This document shows, in pieces, positions 29,718 to 40,205 of a stretch of DNA of 64,000 nt. The stretch comes from a virus. The translations under genes and the position numbers were made by a program. The DNA is taken from IMG/VR virus record IMGVR_UViG_3300035145_002457, positions 20,587-84,586 of that record; one strand, written 5' to 3'. Position 1 is the stretch's first letter. Each line of letters starts with the position of its first letter. The notes beneath the pieces were generated by a model, which searched no databases, was not told the DNA's origin, and saw only the letters and a list, made by a program, of their open reading frames with translations.

Positions 29718-30597
29718 TACACCTTATCCTAGATGCGTTTATCTTAGAGAAATGTATGTTGCAGTTGATGGGCAATGTATGCCTTGTTGTGATTTATCAT
29801 TAGGAATTGGAGGAAATGCTTGGACACAATTTTACAAAAAAGAGTGGCATTTAGATTATTTTGATATAAATGATATAATAAAAGATATGCATGTTTTTAC
29901 AGGTCATATAAACAACAGTAAACTTAGCCCTATTGAAAAATGTTCTAAAACCTGTACAAAAAAAGATTTAAACAGACGGAAATATTTCCATTTAGAACTT
30001 AGCACACGATGCACATTACAGTGTCCTAAATGTCCAAGAACACGTTGGCAAGAAAATAGTCCTGATAATTTATTTAAAAAGACAGATATGAAATATGAGC
30101 ATGTTAAACAGTTAGTCAAGGCGAATATGCATAATGAATTTTTATTGCAAGGAACTTTAGGGGATCCTGTTTTTCATCCAAGACTATTTGAAATAATTAA
30201 TTTGATTGACAAAAAGAAAAAATCATTTATAATGAGTACTGCATCTCCTTCAAGGAACATTAAATGGTGGGAAGAATTTTATGACTCATATAGTAATGAT
30301 AATAGTATTGTTAGATTTGGTGTTGATGGTTTAGCAGACACCGCTCATATGTATAGGATAGGAATGGATTTTGATAAAGTTTGGGAAGCAATGTTGTTAG
30401 GATCAAAATTAGGAAAAAACATTCAATGGCAATTTATTCCATTTAGATTTAATGAACACCAGATTGAAGAAGCACAAAAAATGGCTAAAGATAACGGAAT
30501 AACATTTAAGATGTTTAAAAGTAATCGTTGGGACGGAAAGAAAGATCCATTAAGACCTAAAAATAAAAATTTATTTCATGTATCGAGGAGTTATTAA
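29710..30597 (+). CDS. Radical SAM enzyme, subfamily B core with the twitch domain at the N-terminus
   Basis: CTLQCPKC, GTLGDP, FGVDGL.DT.HMYR and NEHQIEEA. N-terminal RC...MPCCD...CSKTC. Confidence 0.85.
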   Translation: MYNTPYPRCVYLREMYVAVDGQCMPCCDLSLGIGGNAWTQFYKKEWHLDYFDINDIIKDMHVFTGHINNSKLSPIEKCSKTCTKKDLNRRKYFHLELSTRCTLQCPKCPRTRWQENSPDNLFKKTDMKYEHVKQLVKANMHNEFLLQGTLGDPVFHPRLFEIINLIDKKKKSFIMSTASPSRNIKWWEEFYDSYSNDNSIVRFGVDGLADTAHMYRIGMDFDKVWEAMLLGSKLGKNIQWQFIPFRFNEHQIEEAQKMAKDNGITFKMFKSNRWDGKKDPLRPKNKNLFHVSRSY

Positions 30598-31289
30598 TGA
30601 TTGTAGATTTACTAGATAAAAGAATAAACACAAGATGTTTTTCAGATAAATCTATTCCTGACAGTGTTATAAAAGAACTTTTAGAAGTGTTGAATAGGAT
30701 ACCAGCAAAAGAAAATCAAATGCCTACAGAGGTTTATGTTTTAGGACAAGACGCTTTAGATGAAAAAAATGAATTATATGTTAATACAGAATGTAGTCCA
30801 AATGTTTTCAATCCTCAAGTACTAGCTCCTTTAGTTTTTTGTTTTGTTGAAAAAGAAAAAATGGTAGACGGTAATGGTATTACAGATGTAAAAATACCTA
30901 AAGTTTGGCAAACTGAAATACATAGATATTATACAGGAATGGCACTAATGGCATTATCTTTATCAGCACTTGAGCAAGGGTTATCTGTAGGAATTTGTCA
31001 ATCACAAGGATTGTGTCATATTTGGCCTGATTGGAAAGAAAGAGGCGGTGCGTTTACATATAATAATGAATATAAAAAAGTAAGTTTATCTCTTGGTATT
31101 GGATATCCTGAATATGAAAGCACAAGCAGTAGAGCAAGAATGCCAAATAAAATTGCTAAAAATTTAAAACCTGATGCAGTAAGAAGAGCTTCTCTAGGTG
31201 AAACCAGCAGAAGGCCAAAATTAAAAAATTATGTAAAAATAATAGGACAGGATATAACTTTACCAAAGACTTGGCAAAATAGGATATAA
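30597..31289 (+). CDS. Nitroreductase-family flavoprotein
   Basis: LLDKRINTRCFSDKSIP...LLE...PAKENQMP.EVYVL, APLVFCF, LSALEQGLSVG and LGIGYP. Confidence 0.75.
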   Translation: MIVDLLDKRINTRCFSDKSIPDSVIKELLEVLNRIPAKENQMPTEVYVLGQDALDEKNELYVNTECSPNVFNPQVLAPLVFCFVEKEKMVDGNGITDVKIPKVWQTEIHRYYTGMALMALSLSALEQGLSVGICQSQGLCHIWPDWKERGGAFTYNNEYKKVSLSLGIGYPEYESTSSRARMPNKIAKNLKPDAVRRASLGETSRRPKLKNYVKIIGQDITLPKTWQNRI

Positions 31290-31290
31290 G

Positions 31291-32688
31291 ATGCAAGATA
31301 CAAAATGTGCAATGTTATGGATGAGTCAAAGTTATAGAGCCAATGGCGACATACGTGTTTGCTGTCAAGCACAACATGGTCCTACAGGAGGCATACTCAA
31401 AGACAAGGATGGCAAAATATTAAATGCAAGAGATGCAAATTTGCAAGATATTCGTAATGCTCCACTAGCAAAAGAAATACGCAAGGCAATGCTAGAAGGA
31501 AAACGTCATCCAGAATGTATTCGTTGCCATACTGAAGAAGATGCAGGTATGTTAAGCCGTAGGCAAGTAGAAAACAAACTTTGGATCAAAGGCGGATGGA
31601 ATCAAATTAAAGAAGAAGACAAGTATACTTGGGAACAGCTAGAAGAAAACACAAATGAAGACGGCAGTATTGAAACTGATAAAATAGGAAATGCATTTTT
31701 TGATGTGAGATTTGGAAACTTGTGTAACTTAAAATGCCGTATGTGCGGTCCAACTGATAGCAATATGTGGTACGAAGATCAAGTTAAACTATGGGGAAAT
31801 ACTTATAAAGATAGTCATGGAACAGTTCAACTTATCAAAAATGAAAAAGGAAAACATGTACCAGAAGTAAATGTATATGATTGGCACGAGAGTGACCATT
31901 ACTGGAAACAAATGGAACAACAAATTCCAGCTATAAAAAAGTTATATATTGTAGGCGGCGAGCCTTTAATGATAGATCAACACTATGCTTTTTTACAGAA
32001 ATGTGTTGATCAAGGTTGTGCAAAAGATATAGTTGTTGAATACAACTCAAATATTACTAACATACCAGAACGTGCTTGGAGCATATGGAAGCATTTTAGG
32101 CAAATAGGTATAGGTGCTAGTATTGATGCAATAGGAGATCTTAATCGATATATTAGGTATCCAAGTAATTTTAATAAAATTTGGGAGAACTTGAACAAAT
32201 TAAGCAAAGCGGATGGAAACTTTAGAGTTTGGTATGCAACAACAATCAGTATATACAATGTATTACACTTACCAGAATTTTTAAAATTTGTTATACAAAA
32301 CCAATTAAAGCGTGTTAATGATGACGATTTAAAACCATTAATTACGCCTCATCCGTTACACGGACCTCAATTTTTAAATATTAGAGTATTGCCCAAAGAT
32401 GTAAAAAAATATGTAACACAATTTTACAAAGATAGCGTAAGTGAACTTGATAAAGAAATTGACTTGCATATCAAAGATGAAAACAGAAAAATTGCCTGTA
32501 AAAAATATATGCGTAAAATTTTAAAAACGTATGACGAATTTATGTGGGCAAAAGATTTTACAGATAAATTACCTAAGTTTTGGGAACACACAAGGAAGTT
32601 AGATACTATCAGAGGACACAGTTTTGAAAAAAGTTGTCCTGAGATGTATAAATTATTGCAGGAGTATGAGCATGAAACCACACCTTAA
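31291..32688 (+). CDS. Radical SAM enzyme with N-terminal twitch domain (subfamily A)
   Basis: KCAMLW...RVCC...ECIRCH, then CNLKCRMC and IVGGEP. Confidence 0.9.
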   Translation: MQDTKCAMLWMSQSYRANGDIRVCCQAQHGPTGGILKDKDGKILNARDANLQDIRNAPLAKEIRKAMLEGKRHPECIRCHTEEDAGMLSRRQVENKLWIKGGWNQIKEEDKYTWEQLEENTNEDGSIETDKIGNAFFDVRFGNLCNLKCRMCGPTDSNMWYEDQVKLWGNTYKDSHGTVQLIKNEKGKHVPEVNVYDWHESDHYWKQMEQQIPAIKKLYIVGGEPLMIDQHYAFLQKCVDQGCAKDIVVEYNSNITNIPERAWSIWKHFRQIGIGASIDAIGDLNRYIRYPSNFNKIWENLNKLSKADGNFRVWYATTISIYNVLHLPEFLKFVIQNQLKRVNDDDLKPLITPHPLHGPQFLNIRVLPKDVKKYVTQFYKDSVSELDKEIDLHIKDENRKIACKKYMRKILKTYDEFMWAKDFTDKLPKFWEHTRKLDTIRGHSFEKSCPEMYKLLQEYEHETTP

Positions 32689-33310
32689 ATTAGACAAATT
32701 AAATGTAATAGATGATGCAATTGATATTTGGAACACAATTGATCATAGTATAGAAAATAATGAAGATATAAATTTTTATAGGCAAGCATCAAAAACAATG
32801 GGCCATTATAGTTTAGGTAAAATTACACAAAGATGGGATTATTTTAGAGAATATTTTAAACCTCTTACTGATGAACAATGCTTGATAGAGTTTTATGTAG
32901 GTAACAAAGAAAATTATAGAAGTTCTCCGCACACTGACAGAGGACGAACTGTTGCAATAAATGTGCCGATCAAAGTAGATTTAGAAAATAGCATTGCATT
33001 TTTTGGCAAACATTTTGATCTTGCAAAGTATCCTGCACCAAAAGATTTTGGGTATAATTTTAATCTTACAACAAAAGAAACTGATTTTAAGTCCGAAACA
33101 AATCAAAGATATCAAGGTGATTACGTTGAAGGACTTTACGATGATGTTATTTTAGATAGTTTAGTTTTATTTGATCCTGCTGTTCCACATGGCGGCTGGA
33201 ATAAAGCAAATGATAGTCGCGTGTTAATGAGTCTTAGTTTTGACAGCATTACATACGAACAGGCATACAACAAATGTATTGAACTAGGATGGACGAGTGA
33301 AATATCTTGA
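32672..33310 (+). CDS. 2OG-Fe(II) oxygenase-like protein
   Basis: PHTD (HxD)...AINVP...PHGG...RVLMSLSF, giving the facial triad plus a distal R/S. Confidence 0.6.
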   Translation: MKPHLKLDKLNVIDDAIDIWNTIDHSIENNEDINFYRQASKTMGHYSLGKITQRWDYFREYFKPLTDEQCLIEFYVGNKENYRSSPHTDRGRTVAINVPIKVDLENSIAFFGKHFDLAKYPAPKDFGYNFNLTTKETDFKSETNQRYQGDYVEGLYDDVILDSLVLFDPAVPHGGWNKANDSRVLMSLSFDSITYEQAYNKCIELGWTSEIS

Positions 33311-34409
33311 TTGCGTAGATATAAAATATCTACAAGTAGATCATAATTCTACTTGTAACTTGCGTTGTCCTCAATGTGCAAGGACACATGAAGGTGCCAC
33401 ACATCCTGATTTACCTTTGTTAGAATTAAATGTAAGTGATTACGAAAAATTTATTCCACATACACCTAATTTAGATATTATTATGTTTTGTGGAAATTAT
33501 GGCGAAGTTGTAGTCTCTAACACATTCATGGATTGTTTAGATTACGTATTAGAAAATACAAAGTCTAAAATAATTATTACAACCAACAGCAGTGCAAGGA
33601 ATGAAGAATGGTGGTCTTTGCTTGCACAAAAGCTAAAAGGCAGAGGTAAAGTAAATTTTAGTATAGACGGTTTAGAAGATACTAATCATATATACCGAGT
33701 TAACGCTGTATGGGATAAAGTAATTAATAACGCTAAAGCATTTACTAGTGCAGGCGGAAGAGCACGTTGGGACTATTTAGTTTTTGGACATAATGAACAT
33801 CAAGTAGACGAAGCAGTAGCATTAGCAAAAGATATAGGATTTGAAGAATTTCAAATTAAACTTACAAATAGATTTATAAATGATGAACAGTATAAAAATG
33901 ATATTCAAGCAAGTGAATCACAAGATGTTATTACAAGAAAAAGCAAGTATGTTTTAGATATGCCTAAAAACAAAGACTTCCAAGGGTCAGGAAAATCACA
34001 AAACGATCAAATTATAGACAAGTACGGCAGTTGGAAATCTTATGTAAACACAACACCAATTGATTGTAAATGGAGACCTAACGGTCAAATATTCTTAGAC
34101 TTTGAAGGGAGAGTATGGCCTTGTACTTGGACAGCCAGTGGATATCATCATTACGGAAACAATACGCAGAAAGAACAAGCTCAAAAGGTTTTTGACAAGT
34201 ACGGTAATGACTTTAACCAGTTATCAAAACATTCATTACCTGAAATATTAAATAATGAGTACTTTGGAAAAACGTTTTGTCAGAGTTGGCAATCTGACAT
34301 GGATGCAGAAATTCCAAAGTTGTTTGCATGTGGTAGAACTTGCGGTACTGATTACAATTTTTCTAGTGCGTATGGTTCTAATAAAAGGTTGATTAAATTA
34401 TATGAGTGA
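33297..34409 (+). CDS. Radical SAM enzyme with C-terminal twitch domain (subfamily B)
   Basis: CNLRCPQC, CGNYGE and FSIDGLEDTNHIYR. C-terminal DCK...PCTW...CGRTCG. GTG start. Confidence 0.9.
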   Translation: MKYLDCVDIKYLQVDHNSTCNLRCPQCARTHEGATHPDLPLLELNVSDYEKFIPHTPNLDIIMFCGNYGEVVVSNTFMDCLDYVLENTKSKIIITTNSSARNEEWWSLLAQKLKGRGKVNFSIDGLEDTNHIYRVNAVWDKVINNAKAFTSAGGRARWDYLVFGHNEHQVDEAVALAKDIGFEEFQIKLTNRFINDEQYKNDIQASESQDVITRKSKYVLDMPKNKDFQGSGKSQNDQIIDKYGSWKSYVNTTPIDCKWRPNGQIFLDFEGRVWPCTWTASGYHHYGNNTQKEQAQKVFDKYGNDFNQLSKHSLPEILNNEYFGKTFCQSWQSDMDAEIPKLFACGRTCGTDYNFSSAYGSNKRLIKLYE

Positions 34410-35679
34410 TTACAAAAAAGCAGACGATATAAGTCCATCAATGTGTATTATGCCTTGGATTGGTTTAGCAACTGATGCAAGCGGCGGAATACGACCTTGT
34501 TGTTGGATGCAAGCAATTACTCCTGACAAGTTTCATGGTAGCCCTGCAGAATACAAAGACAGCAAGTACCTCAATGATATGAAAGAGGCTTTTCTTAGAG
34601 GAGAATATCCAGATATATGTTCTAGATGTAAACATGATGATGAACGGGGTATGCAAACTAAAAGAACTAGAGAAAATAAATCATGGCAAGACACCGGCGG
34701 AGACTGGAATAAACTAGACGAACAAGAATTTACTATGATTGATTTACGCCTAAGTAACATTTGTAATTTAGGATGTGTAATGTGTGGACCTAAAAGCAGT
34801 AGTTTTATTAGACAAGAAACAATAGATGTATTAGGTCAACAAGGTAAAACTGCTGAACATTATCAATATCAATATGACGGAACAAAGAATAAAGATTTAC
34901 TGAATCCTTACACTGATCAAGATATAGAGGAAATAATTGAAATTATTCCTAAAAATGCAAGGATATATTGCACAGGAGGAGAACCTAGTTTAGTTAAGAA
35001 GACTACAAGACTATTAGAGAGATTATTAGAAAAAGGATACAATGAAACTGTAATTTTACAATTTAATAGTAACTTTCAAGCATTAAACCAAAAATGGTAT
35101 GATCTTTTATCTCAATTTAAAGGTGACATGCTACCTAGTATTGATGGTATAGGCAAAACTGCTGAATATGTAAGATATCCATGTGATTGGAATCGTGTAG
35201 ATAATAACATAAGAGAATTTATCAAGCAGTGTGGCAAAACTTGGACAGTAAAAATTATGCCAACTACAAGTATTGTTAGTGTTTTTGGATTTAAAGATAT
35301 GTGGGATTGGTGGTACAACGATTTAAGAGTAAACTTGCCATATATAGATGAAGCACTTCGTGGAGAAAAAGGCGATTGGGCAATGCGTACCCAATGTAAT
35401 AATAGACTTGTAAGTCCTCCGTATTTTGACATAAGAAATTTACCAGAAGCCGGTAAACAAAAAGTTATAGAAGATATTGATTACATAATTAAAAATTACA
35501 GCAAGTATTGGCAAGTAGGTAATGAACGTAACTATCTTAATGATGTAAAGAAACAAGTTATGTTAGAACCAAATGAGCCATTTTCTCGAACTATAGAAAA
35601 TTTAAATAGGCTAGATGCTGTTAGAGGAAACAATTGGAGAGAAAGTTTGCCAGAACTAGCGAGATTAACAAATGGATAA
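34402..35679 (+). CDS. Radical SAM enzyme with N-terminal twitch domain (subfamily A)
   Basis: MCIMPW...RPCC...ICSRCK, then CNLGCVMC and TGGEP. Confidence 0.9.
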   Translation: MSDYKKADDISPSMCIMPWIGLATDASGGIRPCCWMQAITPDKFHGSPAEYKDSKYLNDMKEAFLRGEYPDICSRCKHDDERGMQTKRTRENKSWQDTGGDWNKLDEQEFTMIDLRLSNICNLGCVMCGPKSSSFIRQETIDVLGQQGKTAEHYQYQYDGTKNKDLLNPYTDQDIEEIIEIIPKNARIYCTGGEPSLVKKTTRLLERLLEKGYNETVILQFNSNFQALNQKWYDLLSQFKGDMLPSIDGIGKTAEYVRYPCDWNRVDNNIREFIKQCGKTWTVKIMPTTSIVSVFGFKDMWDWWYNDLRVNLPYIDEALRGEKGDWAMRTQCNNRLVSPPYFDIRNLPEAGKQKVIEDIDYIIKNYSKYWQVGNERNYLNDVKKQVMLEPNEPFSRTIENLNRLDAVRGNNWRESLPELARLTNG

Positions 35680-36229
35680 AATATTAGTTGCAGGAAATCC
35701 TGAGTACGGGTTATCACAAGGCATAAAATCATTATTTCCTGATGCAAAATTTGTCAGTAGAGACTATGGAGGGTTTGATTTATCTATTCCAAGTACACAA
35801 AGAGAAATTGCAGAAATGAGTATGGACTATGATGTGTTTATTGCTGTAAGTTGTATATGGAGATTTGCCCAAACAGAGTATGTCCAAGAAGTGGCAAAAC
35901 GTTGGATAGAAAGAAAGCATGGCTACATAATTGCTGTAGGTTCTAGTGCAGACACACCAGTTAAAGGTAGTGCATGGATGTACCCTGCAGAAAAAAAAGC
36001 GTTAAGAGCATATTGTAGGCAATTAAGTCAAATCAGTGCAGGAGAAAATGATTGCAATTTGAAAGTAACATATTTAAGTCCTGGTAATATTCACACCCCT
36101 AAACAAGACGAAAAATTACCTGATGTTAAAAAATTAGAATCAGTATATATTGCCAATACTATAAAATGGTTATTAGAACAACCTAAAGATGTTAACATAA
36201 GCGAAATTTGCATGGATAGGATGCCATGA
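35672..36229 (+). CDS. Short-chain dehydrogenase/reductase (compact SDR)
   Basis: KILVAG...YGL Rossmann strand, IIAVGSS, YPAEK (YxxxK), LSPGNIHT and INISEI. Confidence 0.7.
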   Translation: MDKILVAGNPEYGLSQGIKSLFPDAKFVSRDYGGFDLSIPSTQREIAEMSMDYDVFIAVSCIWRFAQTEYVQEVAKRWIERKHGYIIAVGSSADTPVKGSAWMYPAEKKALRAYCRQLSQISAGENDCNLKVTYLSPGNIHTPKQDEKLPDVKKLESVYIANTIKWLLEQPKDVNISEICMDRMP

Positions 36230-36813
36230 ATATATTCTATTTGAATAACACTCCTACAAAATTCTACAAAACACTAAAAAAGATTGCAGACAAATATAAA
36301 AACAAACCATTTGAAATAATAATGTCTGATAGACATCATTCAACTGATTTAAGCGAAGAAGATTGCTTTGTACTTAATCAATTTTTACCTTTGCAATCTC
36401 CTGGTATATCCTTTAATATGATTAATCAAGCGTTAGAAACTTCTCATATAGATAGACAACGAAAAACAGCATTGCAAGTAGCAGTAAAATCAGATCCAAT
36501 GAAACACTTTGCATATGCTGTAAAAAATGAATTTTTAGATGAACTTGTGCCACTTGAAATTGCTGATGGTTTTAGAAACAAGCGATATGTGGATTGGGAA
36601 AATGGCGGAGATGAGCGTCCTATGTTTTACCATTATAATCCGTGTTATAATGATCATATAGCAATAGAGAAAATGAAAGCATATCTTTGTAATACTACTT
36701 TACCGCATGGAGGGTTGCATACTATACCAGGCAAACATGAAAGATTATTTTTTAGTTTTTCCTTTTTACAAACAATAGATGAAGTTAAAGAAAAATTTAA
36801 GGATTGGCTCTAA
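36226..36813 (+). CDS. 2OG-Fe(II) oxygenase-like protein (paralog of 32672)
   Basis: SHID (HxD)..RKTALQV...NTTLPHGG...RLFFSFSF. Confidence 0.55.
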   Translation: MNIFYLNNTPTKFYKTLKKIADKYKNKPFEIIMSDRHHSTDLSEEDCFVLNQFLPLQSPGISFNMINQALETSHIDRQRKTALQVAVKSDPMKHFAYAVKNEFLDELVPLEIADGFRNKRYVDWENGGDERPMFYHYNPCYNDHIAIEKMKAYLCNTTLPHGGLHTIPGKHERLFFSFSFLQTIDEVKEKFKDWL

Positions 36814-37913
36814 TGGGATTACTTTGTAGCGCATTAAAAAATAGCATAAGTATAGCCCCTACGGGTGAAATCCGTCCTTGCTATTTGCATGATTTTAATC
36901 ATGACTACAATGTTGATAAAATATCTATACAAGATTATAGAGAAAAAGTAGCTCTACCTATGTATAAAGAAATGAAAAAAACAGGAAAATTACCAAAAGG
37001 TTGTTGGAAGTGTAAGTCGATCAAACATTATGAAATATTTAACAAGTATTTGAAATGGTATGAGGCAAACGAAAGCGAAGAATTATTAATGTTAGATATT
37101 TCATTAAGTAATCTTTGTAATAACGGTTGTATAATGTGTAATAAGAAAAATAGCTCTTATTATAAAAAAATAGAAAAGAATATGTTTGTATTTCCTATAC
37201 AAACCGGAGCGCAAGAGCTTAAAATTAATCATTCAAAAAAAGTTTTTGAAGATTTGTGTAGTAATGTAAAGTCATTAAAAGAGTTATATATTAAAGGCGG
37301 AGAACCCACTTTAGATACTAAAGTACAAGACATATTAGATTATCTTATTAGTATTGATAAGACTGATACTGTTATAAAATTAAACACAAACTTAACAAAT
37401 ACAAATAAAAGATTTATGGATAGTATTAGTAAATTTCCTTATAAAAATGTTAGTTTCAGTATCGATGCAAAAGGAGAATTAAACAATGTATTGCGGCATC
37501 CTAGTAAGTTTAATAGTGTGATTAAAAATTTGCAAAGATGGACAGAAATTAAAACCGAACAAGATCGATATAATATTTCTAGTGTGATAAGCATTTATAA
37601 TCTATTTAAATATCCAGAATTAAAAAAATATTTAAAACAAAATTTTAATGAATATATTCATTTCTATCACATTAATATTTTGCAAACACCAGAATATATG
37701 GATATCTCTCATGTTAATAAAAAAATATTCAATCAAGCTCTTTTACTCTATGATGTTAGCGATAGAAAAACACTAATAGATTATTATAATAATAAAAAGA
37801 CAAAAAATAATATCAATGATTACGAGGTATTTACAAAACGAAGTATACAATGGTTTAATAGTAGAGGATATGATCTATCTATAACTGGTAATCCGTTTTT
37901 TGAAGGAATATAA
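36813..37913 (+). CDS. Radical SAM enzyme with N-terminal twitch domain (subfamily A)
   Basis: LCSALK...RPCY...GCWKCK, then CNNGCIMC and IKGGEP. Very AT-rich. Confidence 0.88.
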   Translation: MGLLCSALKNSISIAPTGEIRPCYLHDFNHDYNVDKISIQDYREKVALPMYKEMKKTGKLPKGCWKCKSIKHYEIFNKYLKWYEANESEELLMLDISLSNLCNNGCIMCNKKNSSYYKKIEKNMFVFPIQTGAQELKINHSKKVFEDLCSNVKSLKELYIKGGEPTLDTKVQDILDYLISIDKTDTVIKLNTNLTNTNKRFMDSISKFPYKNVSFSIDAKGELNNVLRHPSKFNSVIKNLQRWTEIKTEQDRYNISSVISIYNLFKYPELKKYLKQNFNEYIHFYHINILQTPEYMDISHVNKKIFNQALLLYDVSDRKTLIDYYNNKKTKNNINDYEVFTKRSIQWFNSRGYDLSITGNPFFEGI

Positions 37914-37917
37914 TAAA

Positions 37918-39030
37918 ATGTATCATACATTCGAAACTGTACAAGACATGCATGTAGAAATAACTAATCGCTGTAATGCGGCTTGTCCTATGTGTGCAAG
38001 AAATGATTTCGGAGGAAAAACTAAAGAAGATCTTGAGCTTGACGAATGGAGCAAGGATGATATTGATCGTATTTTTAACGGACAGTTTCCTAAATTAGAA
38101 AATGTAATGTTTTGCGGCACTCACGGAGATCCATGTGTAGCAGAGCATACTTTATATGCTATAGATAAAATTAAAACAAACACAGATGCAACAGTTGAAT
38201 TTTATTCTAATGCTAGTATGCGTACTCCTGAATGGTGGAGTAATCTTGGAAGTTTCATGAATCAAAAGAAACCAGACCATTGGCATTATAGGAAAAACGA
38301 TCTTGCAATTTTTAGTATTGACGGCTTAGCCGACACAAATCATTTATATAGACGAAGAACTAATTTTGAAAAAATTATGGAAAATGCAGAAGCATATCTA
38401 AAAGCAGGTGGTATTGCACGTTGGGATTTTATTGTGTTTAAACACAACGAACATCAAGTAGAAGAAGCAGAAGCACTTGCTAAAAAGATGGGATTCAAAC
38501 AGTTCCGCATACGCAAAACAAGCCGTTTTGATTACTCACCTGACGGACCAGACAAATGGCGTGTGAAGGACAAAAACGGTAATGTAGAATACTATCTTGA
38601 ACCTCCTGGCGAAAAGTATCGTAATCCTCAAAGTCAAAAGTTTCAAGAACTTACAGAGCAATACGGTACTATAGAAAAGTATTATGATGTTGCACCTATT
38701 GAGTGTTTGTATAAAAACGAATTCCGTAGAATATATGTAAATGCATATGCACAAGTATTCCCTTGCTGTTATATCTCAGACGATAGTTATCCCCATAAAA
38801 ATAAAATTTACCTTGACACACAAGAAAAGATATTCAAAAAGTATGGGGTAGGCTTCAACAGTTTACGTAAATATGATTGGAATGATATTCTTAATCATCC
38901 ATGGTTTGCTGGAGACTTAGAACAAAGTTGGCAATCAGATCTTGCAGGAGGAAAATTAATGCGTTGTGCAAGAACATGTGGTAAAGGATATTCACCTATA
39001 AAAAGCCAAAGTAAGGATACAAACTTATGA
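37918..39030 (+). CDS. Radical SAM enzyme with C-terminal twitch domain (subfamily B)
   Basis: CNAACPMC, CGTHGDP and FSIDGLADTNHLYR. C-terminal ECL...PCCY...CARTCG. ATG at 37918 follows GAAGGA. Confidence 0.9.
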   Translation: MYHTFETVQDMHVEITNRCNAACPMCARNDFGGKTKEDLELDEWSKDDIDRIFNGQFPKLENVMFCGTHGDPCVAEHTLYAIDKIKTNTDATVEFYSNASMRTPEWWSNLGSFMNQKKPDHWHYRKNDLAIFSIDGLADTNHLYRRRTNFEKIMENAEAYLKAGGIARWDFIVFKHNEHQVEEAEALAKKMGFKQFRIRKTSRFDYSPDGPDKWRVKDKNGNVEYYLEPPGEKYRNPQSQKFQELTEQYGTIEKYYDVAPIECLYKNEFRRIYVNAYAQVFPCCYISDDSYPHKNKIYLDTQEKIFKKYGVGFNSLRKYDWNDILNHPWFAGDLEQSWQSDLAGGKLMRCARTCGKGYSPIKSQSKDTNL

Positions 39031-40205
39031 ATCCAGTAGCGAGTTATTTTAAATTTAATCCAACAGGAGCATTTTCTGTGGATTGGTATATAGGAAAACG
39101 TTGCAACTTTAGTTGTAGTTATTGTGTCGATTATTTGCACGATAATCATTCACCTCATGTGCCTTTAGAGAAAATGAAAATACTTGCAGACGCTATTATC
39201 GACAAACATGGTAAAAATGTATTTTGGAGTTTGACTGGAGGAGAACCTACAGTGAATCCTAAATTTATGGATCTTTGCAAATACATAAAAAAAGAAAGAG
39301 GTGCAAGATTTGTTAGTCTTACTACTAACGGAACAAGGACAGCCGCCTACTACAAAGAATTATATCAATACATAGATGGCATTACACTAAGTTTTCATTT
39401 TGAACATATACAAGATAGAATAGATGAGTATATTGACAAATGTATACAGATAGAAGACTGGCGTAGAGAATGGAATGGTATAATGGAAGAAACAGAAAAC
39501 TTTCCAGATTGGGATAATGGTAAAGTAAGGAAAACATTAATTCTTCGTTTTATGGTATACCCAGGGCAGTTTGAAAATGTAGAACGCATGGAAAAAGCAT
39601 TTAGAGATCATGGCATAACAAATATTGAACACAGATATATACGACCACCAGGTGGAAATTCAAATGAACTTATGCCTGATGTAAAGTTAGACTTTGGTAA
39701 AAATCACGATAAAATGGATCCTAAAAAATTAGTTTCTTCTGAAGATAAAGCAGAAATAAAAGCAATTGAAACAAGAGAAAAACAATTCTATAAAGAAGGC
39801 GAAAAAGAAAAAATTAAAGATCTATATACATCTAAAATTACACCAGACAAGCGTAAATTAAAATTTTGGTTTGTTGATGAAAATGGTGAATATAAAGATG
39901 AAGATTTTCATTATAATGAATTAAATTTTGATAAAAAGAATAATTATGAAGGATGGTTATGTTGGGCAGGTGTAAAGCATCTCAAGGTGACACCAACAGG
40001 AGATATCTATATAGGTAGTTGTCATGTAGGTGGCAAACGTGGTAACATTTACGAAATAGAAAGTTTAGATTTGCCTACTGAGCCTATACGTTGTCCTAAA
40101 TGGCGTTGTACTGATAACTTAGATTTAAAAGTTCCAAAAATTAAAGATTGGGATCATTATCATTTAGTCAAAGATATGATAGAGTGGACTGATCAAAAGT
40201 CATAG
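39027..40205 (+). CDS. Radical SAM enzyme with C-terminal twitch/SPASM-like domain (subfamily C)
   Basis: CNFSCSYC and LTGGEPT. C-terminal GWLCWAG...GSC...RCPKWRC. Confidence 0.9.
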   Translation: MNPVASYFKFNPTGAFSVDWYIGKRCNFSCSYCVDYLHDNHSPHVPLEKMKILADAIIDKHGKNVFWSLTGGEPTVNPKFMDLCKYIKKERGARFVSLTTNGTRTAAYYKELYQYIDGITLSFHFEHIQDRIDEYIDKCIQIEDWRREWNGIMEETENFPDWDNGKVRKTLILRFMVYPGQFENVERMEKAFRDHGITNIEHRYIRPPGGNSNELMPDVKLDFGKNHDKMDPKKLVSSEDKAEIKAIETREKQFYKEGEKEKIKDLYTSKITPDKRKLKFWFVDENGEYKDEDFHYNELNFDKKNNYEGWLCWAGVKHLKVTPTGDIYIGSCHVGGKRGNIYEIESLDLPTEPIRCPKWRCTDNLDLKVPKIKDWDHYHLVKDMIEWTDQKS

